A program made the position numbers and the translations under genes. 64,000 nucleotides of DNA from an actinobacterium SCGC AAA278-I18 (GTDB lineage: Bacteria > Actinomycetota > Actinomycetes > Nanopelagicales > Nanopelagicaceae), in contig KB900441.1 of NCBI GenBank assembly GCA_000378865.1, forward strand, positions 3,644 through 67,643, in the 5' to 3' direction. The notes beneath the pieces are model-generated. The model was not told where the DNA came from and ran no database searches. It saw nothing but the letters and a program-made list of their open reading frames with translations. Positions 40,612-50,120 of the stretch are shown piece after piece (the first letter of the stretch is position 1; every line of letters starts with the position of its first letter).

Positions 40612-41205
40612 TTTATCACCTAGCGCAATACTTACCGCTTGGGCACGGTTAGTCGCTCCTAACTTTCGGTAGATAGTTGCTAGATGAGTTTTAACAGTTG
40701 CCTCCGTTAGAAACAAGAGTGAGCCAATCGCTGCAGCGGTGGCACCAGATGGTAGGTAAGTTAGTACCTCAATCTCTCGCTGGGTTAATTGGTAATCCTT
40801 TAAAATCTTAGTTTGCTGAAAGCTTCCTGCTTTAATGAACTTGTCTGTGCCAGCCCCTACAGTATTTAAGGTTTGAATTAATTGATCAATTGGCGCACTT
40901 TTTATTACATATGCAGCAGCTCCAGCCTGCTTTGCACTCTCAAGTGTTTGCAAGTCATCATGCATAGTAAGCACTACAAATTTAGTATTTAACTTTTGAG
41001 TAGTTGCTTTAGAGATTAGATCAATGCCAGAGTGGGATCCTAAATTAATATCTATCAGTGCAATCTCTGGTTTATAGGTATTTAAAACTGCCAACCCCTC
41101 CTGCACTGATGATGCCTCAGCAACAACCTTAAACTCAGTATCAGTAAGTGCTTGTCGCAGTCCTGATCTAATCAGTGAGTGGTCATCTACTAAAACAATA
41201 TTCAT
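40597..41205 (-). CDS. NarL/LuxR-family response regulator
   Basis: VDDH, phospho-Asp in LIDINL, LTMHD, HTH TVKTHL..IYRKLG. Confidence 0.93.
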   Translation of the reverse strand: MNIVLVDDHSLIRSGLRQALTDTEFKVVAEASSVQEGLAVLNTYKPEIALIDINLGSHSGIDLISKATTQKLNTKFVVLTMHDDLQTLESAKQAGAAAYVIKSAPIDQLIQTLNTVGAGTDKFIKAGSFQQTKILKDYQLTQREIEVLTYLPSGATAAAIGSLLFLTEATVKTHLATIYRKLGATNRAQAVSIALGDKLINQ

Positions 41206-41211
41206 AAGATT

Positions 41212-41781
41212 TTAAAATATAATTCTTGCCGTAGTTCCACTTTGTGATGATGAGATATCAAGGTGGGCATTTATTAGGGCAAGCCGCTCACTCACACCAA
41301 TTAGACCAAAGGAGTTACTTTTCTCTATTAATCCACCGGTGCCATTATCTGAGATAGTAATCTGCTTACTTGCTATCTCAATTTTTATCTGAGTACACCC
41401 TGAGTGGCGCCTGGCATTAATCACAATCTCTCTTATTGCGCGTAGTAACTCAAATTTATTACTACACTCAAGTTGAGCAGTATTTGATATCTCATGTGTA
41501 ATATCTGTGCCAGCTAGCAGGGTTGCAACCTGCTCTTCTATTTGCTGATCTAGGCTCTTGCTTGTGTTAGATCTAAGCTCAAAGATCTCATCGCGCACTT
41601 GATTTATTACACCACTTAAGGTCAAACGCAACTCCCTAAGGCTTCTACGGTTTTTATTATCTAAGCCAATATCACCAATTACTTGATCTAATCGGTAGCC
41701 AACTGCAGCTAACTCTTGGGCTAAGCCATCATGAAGTTCACGAGCAAGTCGGACACGTTCGGTGTTAGGCGAAGAGTTCAT
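41212..41781 (-). CDS. HisKA_3 histidine kinase, catalytic core only
   Basis: H-box RLARELHDGLAQ, N-box EIVINARRH, G1 DNGTG, G2 FGLIGVSER; no TM or sensor domain. Confidence 0.85.
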   Translation of the reverse strand: MNSSPNTERVRLARELHDGLAQELAAVGYRLDQVIGDIGLDNKNRRSLRELRLTLSGVINQVRDEIFELRSNTSKSLDQQIEEQVATLLAGTDITHEISNTAQLECSNKFELLRAIREIVINARRHSGCTQIKIEIASKQITISDNGTGGLIEKSNSFGLIGVSERLALINAHLDISSSQSGTTARIIF

Positions 41782-43549
41782 CAATCTCACGGGCAAATTG
41801 TTGTGCGACAACATGTCGCTTCACCGATAACTTAGCTGTTAAATGGCCACCTGCAATTGTGAAATCAATTGGTAATACTGTGAACTTACGGATTGACTCT
41901 GCCTTGCTTACCGCTTTATTTGTCTCATCAACTGCGCTTTGGATTGCTGAAAGTAAGGTGGGATCCTTTGCTAAATCAGCAATTGATGCCCCCTCTTTTT
42001 TATTAGCAACTGACCAAGGCTTAATTGAATCTGGATCTAAGGTAATAAGGGCGGCAATAAATGGTTTGTTATCACCAACCACCATGCACTGACTGATTAA
42101 TGGGTTAGATCTAAGGCGATCTTCTAGGACAGCTGGTGCAACATTTTTACCACCTGCGGTAACAATTAACTCTTTTTTGCGTCCGGTTATATATAAATAA
42201 CCTTCATCATCTAACTTACCTAGATCACCAGATTTAAAGTAATTATCCTTGGTAAAGACCTCAGCATTTGCAGCATCATTTTGCCAGTAACCCTGCATTA
42301 CAACTGCGCCCTTAATTAAAACCTCACCATCTTCTGCAATCTTTACAGTCGCCCCTGGAATTGGCTTACCAACTGATCCAACTCTGTGGGAAGCGGTTGT
42401 ATTTACATTTGAGGCCCCAGTAGTTTCAGTTAAACCATATCCCTCTAAAACTCTAATGCCGGCGCCGCGAAAGAAGTGTCCAAGCCGATCACCAAGGGGA
42501 GCACCACCTGAGATCGCAGCCTCTACCTTACCACCTAAACTTGTGCGAATCTTTGAATAAACTAATTTATCAAATACGCCATGTTTAATTTTAAGTAATG
42601 GAGATATCCGCTTTGTATCAAGTGCTTTGCTATATGAAATCGCAGTTTCGGCCGCTTTATGAAATATCTTTCCTTTACCAGCAGCCTCTGCCTTTGCTTC
42701 AGCACCATTGTAAATCTTTTCGAATATACGAGGTACAGCCAAGACGAAGGTTGGTTTAAAGGTAGCAAGATCACTTAGTAACTTTGTTGTATCACTGCAA
42801 TGAGAAAGATGTAATCCAGCCATAACCGCGCCAATCTGCACTAAGCGGCCAAATACATGTGCGACTGGCAAGAACAAAAGTGTTGAGCCACCAGCTTTAA
42901 GAAATAGATCACTTAAAGCATTTACTACATTTCCACATTCAGCTTGAAAATTTCCGTGGGTTAGTTGCACACCCTTTGGTTTACCGGTTGTGCCAGATGT
43001 ATAAATTAATGTTGCAAGTGTCTCAGGTTTTAAAGCATCACGGCGCTTTGAAATTTCATCATCGGTGATTGATTTACCAGCAGCTGCCAAAATTGCTAAG
43101 GCATTGTCAGTAATGTTCCAGATATTTTTACATGCTACTGGCATTACCGGTTTTGCTAACTCAGCTAAGCTTTGATTTTCAACAATTATCGCAACAGCGG
43201 CTGAGTCATTAAGAATCCAATCAATCTGCTCCGCACTTGATGTTTCATAGATAGGGACTGAAACAGCGCCGGCATACCAAATTGCAAAATCTAAAATTGT
43301 CCACTCATAACGAGTCCTTGACATGATGGCAACTCGATCACCTATTGAAATACCAGATGCAACTAAACCCTTTGCAACCGATTTGATCTCCTCTTCAAAC
43401 TCTTTTGCACTTACTGCCTGCCAACCATCACCTAATGGACGAGAGGCCACAACTCGCTCTGGCTCAAACCAGGCCCGTTCGGCGATTAAATTTGTTAAGT
43501 TGCCAACAGTATCTATTGGAATTAGCGCGGGAGTTGTTATCTCATTCAT
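41765..43549 (-). CDS. fadD: Long-chain acyl-CoA synthetase (AMP-dependent)
   Basis: IYTSGTTGKPKG, EGYGLTET, SGDLG, GRKKE. Confidence 0.92.
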   Translation of the reverse strand: MNEITTPALIPIDTVGNLTNLIAERAWFEPERVVASRPLGDGWQAVSAKEFEEEIKSVAKGLVASGISIGDRVAIMSRTRYEWTILDFAIWYAGAVSVPIYETSSAEQIDWILNDSAAVAIIVENQSLAELAKPVMPVACKNIWNITDNALAILAAAGKSITDDEISKRRDALKPETLATLIYTSGTTGKPKGVQLTHGNFQAECGNVVNALSDLFLKAGGSTLLFLPVAHVFGRLVQIGAVMAGLHLSHCSDTTKLLSDLATFKPTFVLAVPRIFEKIYNGAEAKAEAAGKGKIFHKAAETAISYSKALDTKRISPLLKIKHGVFDKLVYSKIRTSLGGKVEAAISGGAPLGDRLGHFFRGAGIRVLEGYGLTETTGASNVNTTASHRVGSVGKPIPGATVKIAEDGEVLIKGAVVMQGYWQNDAANAEVFTKDNYFKSGDLGKLDDEGYLYITGRKKELIVTAGGKNVAPAVLEDRLRSNPLISQCMVVGDNKPFIAALITLDPDSIKPWSVANKKEGASIADLAKDPTLLSAIQSAVDETNKAVSKAESIRKFTVLPIDFTIAGGHLTAKLSVKRHVVAQQFAREIDELFA

Positions 43550-43617
43550 GGGCTCACGCTACTGGCACAGTGGCTATTTTCGCTAGAATCCCCTGCGACC
43601 GGTGGCAAAGAGGTATC

Positions 43618-43629
43618 TACTTAGCGGTA
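43618..43629. promoter_or_regulatory. TACT-N4-GGTA near-palindrome between divergent fadD and SRPBCC genes
   Basis: CTACTtagcGGTAACCT mirrors the fadA site CTACTggcgAGTAACCT, including overlap with a TAACCT -10 box. Confidence 0.55.
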
Positions 43630-43639
43630 ACCTTGACCT

Positions 43640-44074
43640 ATGTCTGATGTAACCACCTCAACTATTAGTATTTCCGCAACCGCCGATGATGTTCGAGCGG
43701 TGCTATTTGATATTGCAAAGTATCCAACCTGGTCGACCTCATTTAAATCAGTTACCGTTTTAGCTAGTGATGGTCAGGGACGTCCTACCCAAGTACAGAT
43801 GAGTGTTGATGCGGGCGCTCTTAAAGATAAGCCGACATTAAATTACGACTGGTCTGCCGCCCCAGATCGGTTAGATTTTTCATTGGAGGATGCAAATCTA
43901 CTTACTGAGATGAGTGGCTCTTATATTATTAAAGATAACGGTGATGAAACAGAGATCACCTCTGAGTTAACAGTGGCGCTATCGATGCCAGTGCCAGCAG
44001 TGATGCGCATAAAGGCAGAAAAATCAACAATTGATCTGGCACTTAAACAGTTAAAGGAAAAGCTGGAAAATTAA
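43640..44074 (+). CDS. SRPBCC (polyketide cyclase/START) family protein
   Basis: DIAKYPTW, GRP, GSY motifs; usual neighbour of glk. Confidence 0.85.
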   Translation: MSDVTTSTISISATADDVRAVLFDIAKYPTWSTSFKSVTVLASDGQGRPTQVQMSVDAGALKDKPTLNYDWSAAPDRLDFSLEDANLLTEMSGSYIIKDNGDETEITSELTVALSMPVPAVMRIKAEKSTIDLALKQLKEKLEN

Positions 44075-45040
44075 TTGAGTAATGCAATCTCAAGTTCAGA
44101 GCTAACAATTGGTATTGATATTGGTGGCACTAAAGTTTTAGGTGGAGTAGTAGATAGCACCGGTAAAATTATTGATTCTGCTCGACGGGTAACTCCAGCA
44201 GCAGGTGGAAAAGAATTAATCACCACCATGATTGAGGTGATTAAAGAGTTTAAGAGCAAACATGAGGTTGCTGGAGTTGGTATAAGTATTGCTGCATTAA
44301 TCTCAGCAGATCAAGGAACAGTTGTTGGTGCACCAAACATTGCTAATTTAAGCAAATTAAATTTTGTCGCAGAGCTTAAAAAAGAGTTTAATATTCCGAT
44401 AATTGCTGAAAATGATGCAAATGCTGCGATGTGGGCAGAGTACAAATTTGGCGCAGCTCGTGGTTTTAACCCAGTTATGTTTTTTATTATTGGCACTGGC
44501 ATGGGTGGTGGCTTAGTTATTGATGGCAAGTTATTTAGAGGATCAAATGGAATTGGCGCAGAGTTTGGTCACATGATTGTGCAACAAAATGGTGTGCTAT
44601 GTGGCTGTGGTACTAAGGGTTGTATTGAGCAGTACGCCTCTGGCAGCGCACTAATGCGCTATGCCAAGGAGGGGATTACAGCTAACCCAGCTAAGGGCAA
44701 GGTAGTTTTAGATTTAGCAGGTGGCAGTGTTGCTGGATTAACTGGCGCGATATTAACCAAGGCTGCACTCACCGGAGATGAGTTAGCAATCGCTGCTTTT
44801 AAGCAGCAGGCAGATTGGCTTGGCTCAGCTTGTGCATCATTTTCATTAATTTTGAATCCAGCAGCGATTGTAATTGGCGGTGGGGTAGTAGATGCGGGTG
44901 AGTTATTTTTAGCACCAGTACGAGAAGCAATGGATAGGTATATGCCATTTGCAGGTACTCATACACCTCCAAAAATAATCGCAGCAAAGTTTGGTAATGA
45001 TGCTGGCCTAATTGGTGCGGCAGATTTAGTTAGAGGATAG
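44075..45040 (+). CDS. glk: ROK-family glucokinase
   Basis: GIDIGGTK, ENDANAA, EFGH, CGCG..GCIE, GNDAGLIGAA. Confidence 0.92.
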   Translation: MSNAISSSELTIGIDIGGTKVLGGVVDSTGKIIDSARRVTPAAGGKELITTMIEVIKEFKSKHEVAGVGISIAALISADQGTVVGAPNIANLSKLNFVAELKKEFNIPIIAENDANAAMWAEYKFGAARGFNPVMFFIIGTGMGGGLVIDGKLFRGSNGIGAEFGHMIVQQNGVLCGCGTKGCIEQYASGSALMRYAKEGITANPAKGKVVLDLAGGSVAGLTGAILTKAALTGDELAIAAFKQQADWLGSACASFSLILNPAAIVIGGGVVDAGELFLAPVREAMDRYMPFAGTHTPPKIIAAKFGNDAGLIGAADLVRG

Positions 45041-46139
45041 ATCCATCCTCTAAATCATCATTTTTTCTAGCAGTCCGCCAGATTATTGTTGCGATAGAGC
45101 CTAAGAAACCAAGTACTGCTGGCCAAACACCAAATATTTCAAAATCAGTCAAGGTGTAGAGCAGTAGATAAATTGCGCTACCAATGAAAGCTGCAGCAGA
45201 TGCACGTTGGGTTTGATCTAACTTAAGCCAGCGCGGATTTGGTGGGATAAACCGATTTACTTCATCAAAATTATCTAACTCATCAAGGTATGTAGTCGGC
45301 GCAGATTCATCAAGTGATAGCCCAGAAATAATTGAATCAAACTCCGCATCTACTAGATCTGTTTCCTTGAAGTCAGGGCCCCGTTGTAAGTTGCCACTTA
45401 ATACATCTTCAATAAATAACTTACTCTCAGTATTTAATAAATCTGCATCATAATCTAATGGCACATTATGATAGGAGTTCTCAAAGACCACCTCACGAAT
45501 ATCAACTGAAAATACATTATCAATTACCGTCATTGAGTTTTCTGGATCAACTGCATGATCATTAATTGAGTATGCCACCATCACCGGTAGATCTATTAGG
45601 TATAAATCACGCTCTGCTAATTGCCAAAGTTTGCGAAGTGAATCCAGTGCTTTAAGTGGGGTGCGACCGTAGCTATGTTTTGGCGGGTTTGGTGCGGCAA
45701 TATCGGTTGCACCTTTTTTAATTGAGGGAATGAAGTATTTAAGTATTGGGGTTAGCTTAAGAATAAATCTGCGATCATGAATAGATGGGTTTAATAGTAT
45801 TAATCCCTCCACCTCACTGCCGCGAATTTGGCAGAGCCGCAGTGCTAATGAGCCACCCATCGAAAAACCAGCAACAAATACTCGATCACAACTTTTTTTT
45901 AATTCAATAAATGATTGCTCAACACTGCTATACCAATCTGGCCAGGTAGTTTCATTTAATTTCTGCCAATCGGTGCCATGGCCAGATAAACATGGCGCAG
46001 AGACTGTGTAGCCAAGTTGGTTAAAGTATTTTGCCCAAGGTGCGATGGTTACTGGTGAGCCAGTGAAGCCATGAATGACTAAGACACCGATTTTTCCACC
46101 GGCCAGGGTAAATCCAGTGGAGTTTGGAATTGAATTCAC
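45030..46139 (-). CDS. Alpha/beta hydrolase (carboxylesterase) with fused acidic plus 2-TM C-terminal module
   Basis: HGFTG, GFSMGG, DHAV, SYH triad, then about 120 extra aa. Confidence 0.85.
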   Translation of the reverse strand: MNSIPNSTGFTLAGGKIGVLVIHGFTGSPVTIAPWAKYFNQLGYTVSAPCLSGHGTDWQKLNETTWPDWYSSVEQSFIELKKSCDRVFVAGFSMGGSLALRLCQIRGSEVEGLILLNPSIHDRRFILKLTPILKYFIPSIKKGATDIAAPNPPKHSYGRTPLKALDSLRKLWQLAERDLYLIDLPVMVAYSINDHAVDPENSMTVIDNVFSVDIREVVFENSYHNVPLDYDADLLNTESKLFIEDVLSGNLQRGPDFKETDLVDAEFDSIISGLSLDESAPTTYLDELDNFDEVNRFIPPNPRWLKLDQTQRASAAAFIGSAIYLLLYTLTDFEIFGVWPAVLGFLGSIATIIWRTARKNDDLEDGSIL

Positions 46140-46183
46140 GCTCAGATAGTGTCATAGATTGGCAAGGGGGCTAAATTAGACCA

Positions 46184-46885
46184 ATGGCATATTCGATTCT
46201 GAAATCCTTTTTGATCCCGCTTTTGATGTTTATATTTCGCCCTAAAGTCAGTGGACTTAGGTTTGTGCCCAGCAATGGTCCGGTAATTATCGCCTCCAAC
46301 CACCTCTCCTTTAGTGATTCGATATTTATGCCACTAGTTGTTCCGCGTAAGGTTACCTTTCTGGCAAAGAGTGAGTACTTCACATCTCCTGGGTTAAAAG
46401 GATTTATAAAAAAGATCACCTTTATTGCATTAGGTCAGGTGCCGATTGATCGCTCAGGTGGCAAGCGAAGTGAGGCCGCCCTACTTACTGGACTTAGATT
46501 ATTAAAAGAGAACCACTGTATTGGAATCTATCCAGAAGGAACTAGATCACCCGATGGCCGGCTTTATAAAGGACGTACTGGAATCGCTCGAATGTCAATT
46601 GAATCAGGGGCGCCAATTATTCCAGTTGCCATGTTTAACACCGCTGAGATTCAACCAACTGGTCAGGTAGTGCCAAAGGTGCGAAGAGTTGAGATGGTAT
46701 TTGGTGAGCCAATTTACTTAACTGGTGATCCAACTGATCAAGAGCTACTTCGAAAAGAGACAAATAAAATTATGGAGACGATCGCTGCATTATCAAAGCA
46801 GGAGTATGTGCCAAATATGTATGCCTCAGATGCAAAGGATGCAATTAAAAAAAGTCAGCTAGAAGAGTCAGAAGAGGAGGAGTAA
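46184..46885 (+). CDS. Lysophospholipid acyltransferase (PlsC family)
   Basis: NHLSFSD, YPEGTRS. Confidence 0.92.
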   Translation: MAYSILKSFLIPLLMFIFRPKVSGLRFVPSNGPVIIASNHLSFSDSIFMPLVVPRKVTFLAKSEYFTSPGLKGFIKKITFIALGQVPIDRSGGKRSEAALLTGLRLLKENHCIGIYPEGTRSPDGRLYKGRTGIARMSIESGAPIIPVAMFNTAEIQPTGQVVPKVRRVEMVFGEPIYLTGDPTDQELLRKETNKIMETIAALSKQEYVPNMYASDAKDAIKKSQLEESEEEE

Positions 46886-47578
46886 TTACTCAGCTCCAAT
46901 AAACTCTCTTCGAGTTGTAATATATTTACACATATCGCAATTATCTTTAGCTGCTGGCATAACTCCACTAACTACCGTAATAAAATCAGTTAGCCGCTGC
47001 GATAGCGCCTCTGGGTTTCTAGCAATTGGCCGCCAAGTATGTTTTAGCTTTATGCCAAAACCCTTTGTAACATCACCTGCTGGCTCAATTAATGACCAAA
47101 CCAATAACCCCATTAGCGATACTTTTTTAGCAGGACCAGTTGCTGGATTTTCAAGTGCAAATGCGTATGCCTCAAGTTGTGGTTGGTATAGATCTGTTTT
47201 ATCTGAGTCCTTAGCTTGGAATTTGCAATCAATAATGCCAAATGTGGAATCGGCAAACTCAATTAATAAATCATACTTTCCCCGAATCGCATACTTTGTT
47301 GGTGAACCATTTACATTAATAAAGGATGATTTAACCCAACCACCAAGGTCGGCAACCTTTCCCTCAGGTAGTACTGGTGCGATATCAGCAGTAGTTTTTG
47401 CAGCAAAGTAATTCTCCTGCATATTTGCTAAGTCACCCACCAATGGCATAAAGCCTGGTGTGCGAAGGCCGTGGTTGTAATTTAGCCATAAGCACTTATG
47501 ACAACTACCCCAGGAAAATGTTAAATCGGATGGTGAGATAAACTCGCGAGCACTTCCTACTGCATTTGATGATGCCAT
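46886..47578 (-). CDS. PD-(D/E)XK nuclease, Cas4/AddB-like with 4 Cys
   Basis: ISPS..CHKC, GKYD...IIDCK, QLEAY, CDMC. Confidence 0.82.
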   Translation of the reverse strand: MASSNAVGSAREFISPSDLTFSWGSCHKCLWLNYNHGLRTPGFMPLVGDLANMQENYFAAKTTADIAPVLPEGKVADLGGWVKSSFINVNGSPTKYAIRGKYDLLIEFADSTFGIIDCKFQAKDSDKTDLYQPQLEAYAFALENPATGPAKKVSLMGLLVWSLIEPAGDVTKGFGIKLKHTWRPIARNPEALSQRLTDFITVVSGVMPAAKDNCDMCKYITTRREFIGAE

Positions 47579-47638
47579 TTCAACTCATTTCTTCGCGCAC
47601 GCTCTCTGGTACGCCCTAATTTGGTTTGCCTTAAGATA

Positions 47639-47660
47639 AGTTTGCCTAAGGCCACTGACA
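47639..47660 (-). promoter_or_regulatory. PafBC-type (RecA-NDp) promoter for the nuclease gene
   Basis: Minus strand TGTCAG-N10-CAAACT. Confidence 0.6.
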
Positions 47661-47701
47661 ATTGGGGTGACCGCCACGAATTAAAGTGTTAAGGGGTAGC
47701 T

Positions 47702-48655
47702 ATGAGCGCAAAGCAACGGTTATTTAGCGCTACTAGAAGTTACAGCCAACTCCTTGTCGGTGTAGCTGTAATCCTTTCACTACTTTTTACCGCCTCTTTA
47801 GGATCAGATAATCTAAATTGGCAGATCTGCCTCGCAGTAATCGCATTAATAATTGGAATTCCCCATGGGGCGCTAGATCATTTAGTAACTATGCCAAAGA
47901 AAAAACCAGCAAAGATGGCTGCCTTTGTGATCATCTATGTGTTAATTGCAGTAGTTGCCGTTTGGGCAATTCTTAAATGGAATGTACTAGGTTTTCAATT
48001 GGTAGTGGTCATGAGTGCGGCCCACTTTGGAGTAGGAGATGCCGCCTTTATCGCAGAGTCTGAGCGATTAAATAATGGCGTTAGTAAGTCATTAATTGAC
48101 CGGCTGATTTATGCCATTCCAGCTGGGTTATTGCCAGTATTTATCCCACTAACAAGTGATCTAACAAGCTCAGCTCTGGCCCAAGTTAATCCAAAGTTAA
48201 TTAATTGGGCAGGTAGTAATACAAATTTAATTCATCTTTGCGTTCTACTACTAGCAGCAACTTCTATATTTATTTTAATTTTAAAACGTGATGATAAAAG
48301 TGCGATTGATTTAACCTTACTAGCCGCCCTTTCAATCTTAACTCCACCGCTAGTGGCATTTGCAATCTATTTTGGGCTCTGGCACGCCCTTCGCCACACC
48401 GCTCGATTGACTTTAAACCTTAATAAATCTGAAATTGCTTATCAAAGAAATGAGCCAAAGCGGGCATTTATGCAGGCGGTGCTGCCTGGCATTCCAGCAT
48501 TAATTGGCACATTTTTTGTGGCAGCGATACTGGCGGCGGCAAACCCAGATAACTCAAGGCTGCTTTGGTCGATCTTGGTAGTAATTTGGGCGCTGACTGT
48601 GCCTCATATGATGGTGACCGCAAAGCTAGATAAAGGCGCCTTATTAGGTAAGTAG
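47702..48655 (+). CDS. blh: Brp/Blh beta-carotene 15,15'-dioxygenase
   Basis: GIPHGALDH, HFG, HALRH, LTVPHM histidine motifs in a polytopic membrane protein. Confidence 0.9.
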   Translation: MSAKQRLFSATRSYSQLLVGVAVILSLLFTASLGSDNLNWQICLAVIALIIGIPHGALDHLVTMPKKKPAKMAAFVIIYVLIAVVAVWAILKWNVLGFQLVVVMSAAHFGVGDAAFIAESERLNNGVSKSLIDRLIYAIPAGLLPVFIPLTSDLTSSALAQVNPKLINWAGSNTNLIHLCVLLLAATSIFILILKRDDKSAIDLTLLAALSILTPPLVAFAIYFGLWHALRHTARLTLNLNKSEIAYQRNEPKRAFMQAVLPGIPALIGTFFVAAILAAANPDNSRLLWSILVVIWALTVPHMMVTAKLDKGALLGK

Positions 48656-48656
48656 G

Positions 48657-49313
48657 TTAGCCAATTAATAAAGATGAGAAGATGGTAAATAAACCAAGTG
48701 CGATCATTACGCCGCCGCCAAATCTGCGCATAAAGATTAATCTGCCGATATCACCAGATAACCATTGGCGAATGGTGCCAGCCAGCAGGCCATAGCTGCC
48801 ATCTGAGATAAATGCGATGAGGGCAAAGATTGCGCCAAGAAATATTAATTGCGTGGTTACATTATTTTTTTCTTGATCAACAAATTGCGGCAAGATAGCG
48901 GCAAAGAAAACCACCGATTTTGGATTTAATACTCCGACCCAAAAACCATTTTTAACTGAGGTTACAAATGATGGTTTAACACCTTCAGTTTTTTGCATCC
49001 CATGGGCATCAACCTTGCTAGCTGCAATTGCGGCATAGCCTAAGTAAATTAAGTAAGCACCTCCGGCCCACTGCACCCCGTTATAAAAAAGTTTTGAAGA
49101 TTGCAGAAGTGGACCAAGGCCAATTGCGACAAGTACTGATACCAAAAACATCCCAGTGGCATTTCCGATAACGGTGGCAACTGCAGCCGCGCGACCCCAG
49201 GCGATTGCCCTAGCGATGGTGAATAGCACAGATGGTCCAGGGGCCAAGATGATCAAAATCGTCGCTATTAGGTACTCCCAGAGCCGAGAAGGGATTAGAT
49301 CTGAGGTAAACAC
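48657..49313 (-). CDS. LysE/RhtB family translocator
   Basis: PGPSVL, GGAYLIYLG, NPKSVVFF. Confidence 0.92.
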   Translation of the reverse strand: MFTSDLIPSRLWEYLIATILIILAPGPSVLFTIARAIAWGRAAAVATVIGNATGMFLVSVLVAIGLGPLLQSSKLFYNGVQWAGGAYLIYLGYAAIAASKVDAHGMQKTEGVKPSFVTSVKNGFWVGVLNPKSVVFFAAILPQFVDQEKNNVTTQLIFLGAIFALIAFISDGSYGLLAGTIRQWLSGDIGRLIFMRRFGGGVMIALGLFTIFSSLLIG

Positions 49314-49343
49314 GCGTCAATCTTACGGCTTGCCACAGGCGGG

Positions 49344-49360
49344 TATGTAGGTTTTACATA
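49344..49360. promoter_or_regulatory. Inverted repeat in the divergent lysE / enoyl-CoA hydratase promoter
   Basis: TATGTA-ggttt-TACATA overlapping -10 TAAGAT (49359-49364). Confidence 0.45.
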
Positions 49361-49370
49361 AGATTTGGCC

Positions 49371-50120
49371 ATGTCCCACCTATTAGATGAACAATCAGGC
49401 GCAGTTCTTTGTTTGACCTTAAATCGGCCAGAAAAGAAGAATGCTATTACCCAAGAGATGTATCAAGGGTTGGCAGATAAGTTAAATGAAGCAGCTGGTG
49501 ATTTTTCAATCCGCGCCGTTGTTATTACTTCAAATGGTGATTGTTTTACCGCTGGTAATGACATTAATGATTTTGCTAATGATCCACAAATGGATGAGGG
49601 CTCGCCAGTATTTAATTTTCTATTTGCTATTCACAACTTCCCAAAGCCATTGATCGCCTCCGTTAAGGGCAGAGCGGTTGGAATTGGCACAACTATGTTG
49701 ATGCACTGTGATTTAGTAACTGCTAATCCAGACACACAATTCTCGATGCCATTTGTCTCTCTTGGTTTAGTTGCCGAAGGTGGTTCTAGTTATTTATTTC
49801 CAAGGTTAGTAGGTCATGCAAAGGCAGCTGAGATCTTGTTAACTGGGCGAACATTTTCAGCAACAGAGGCACTTGAGATGGGATTGATAAATACTGTTAC
49901 AAAGGATGAATTATCTGCTGCAATGGCATATGCAAATGAGATTGCCGAGCAACCACCAACGGCAGTAATTAACACTAAGGCGCTTTTAAAGAGTGGCTCA
50001 CATGAGGCGCTTAATCAGGTTATGAAAGCTGAAGGTATTTTATTTAAACTTGCAGCAGAATCTGATGAGGCTCAAATTGCATTTATGAATTTTCTCTCTA
50101 AGAAAAGTAAGGCGAAATAA
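49371..50120 (+). CDS. Enoyl-CoA hydratase/isomerase family protein
   Basis: LNRPEKKNA, FTAGND, AVGIG, PFVSLGLVAE. Confidence 0.9.
   Translation: MSHLLDEQSGAVLCLTLNRPEKKNAITQEMYQGLADKLNEAAGDFSIRAVVITSNGDCFTAGNDINDFANDPQMDEGSPVFNFLFAIHNFPKPLIASVKGRAVGIGTTMLMHCDLVTANPDTQFSMPFVSLGLVAEGGSSYLFPRLVGHAKAAEILLTGRTFSATEALEMGLINTVTKDELSAAMAYANEIAEQPPTAVINTKALLKSGSHEALNQVMKAEGILFKLAAESDEAQIAFMNFLSKKSKAK

Noticed and set aside
41765-41814. Programmed frameshift fusing FadD to the histidine kinase
   Set aside because: No slippery sequence or stimulatory structure seen; simple translational coupling is enough
46886-47701. CRISPR-Cas locus around the Cas4-like gene
   Set aside because: No repeat-spacer array and no cas1, cas2 or effector genes in the window
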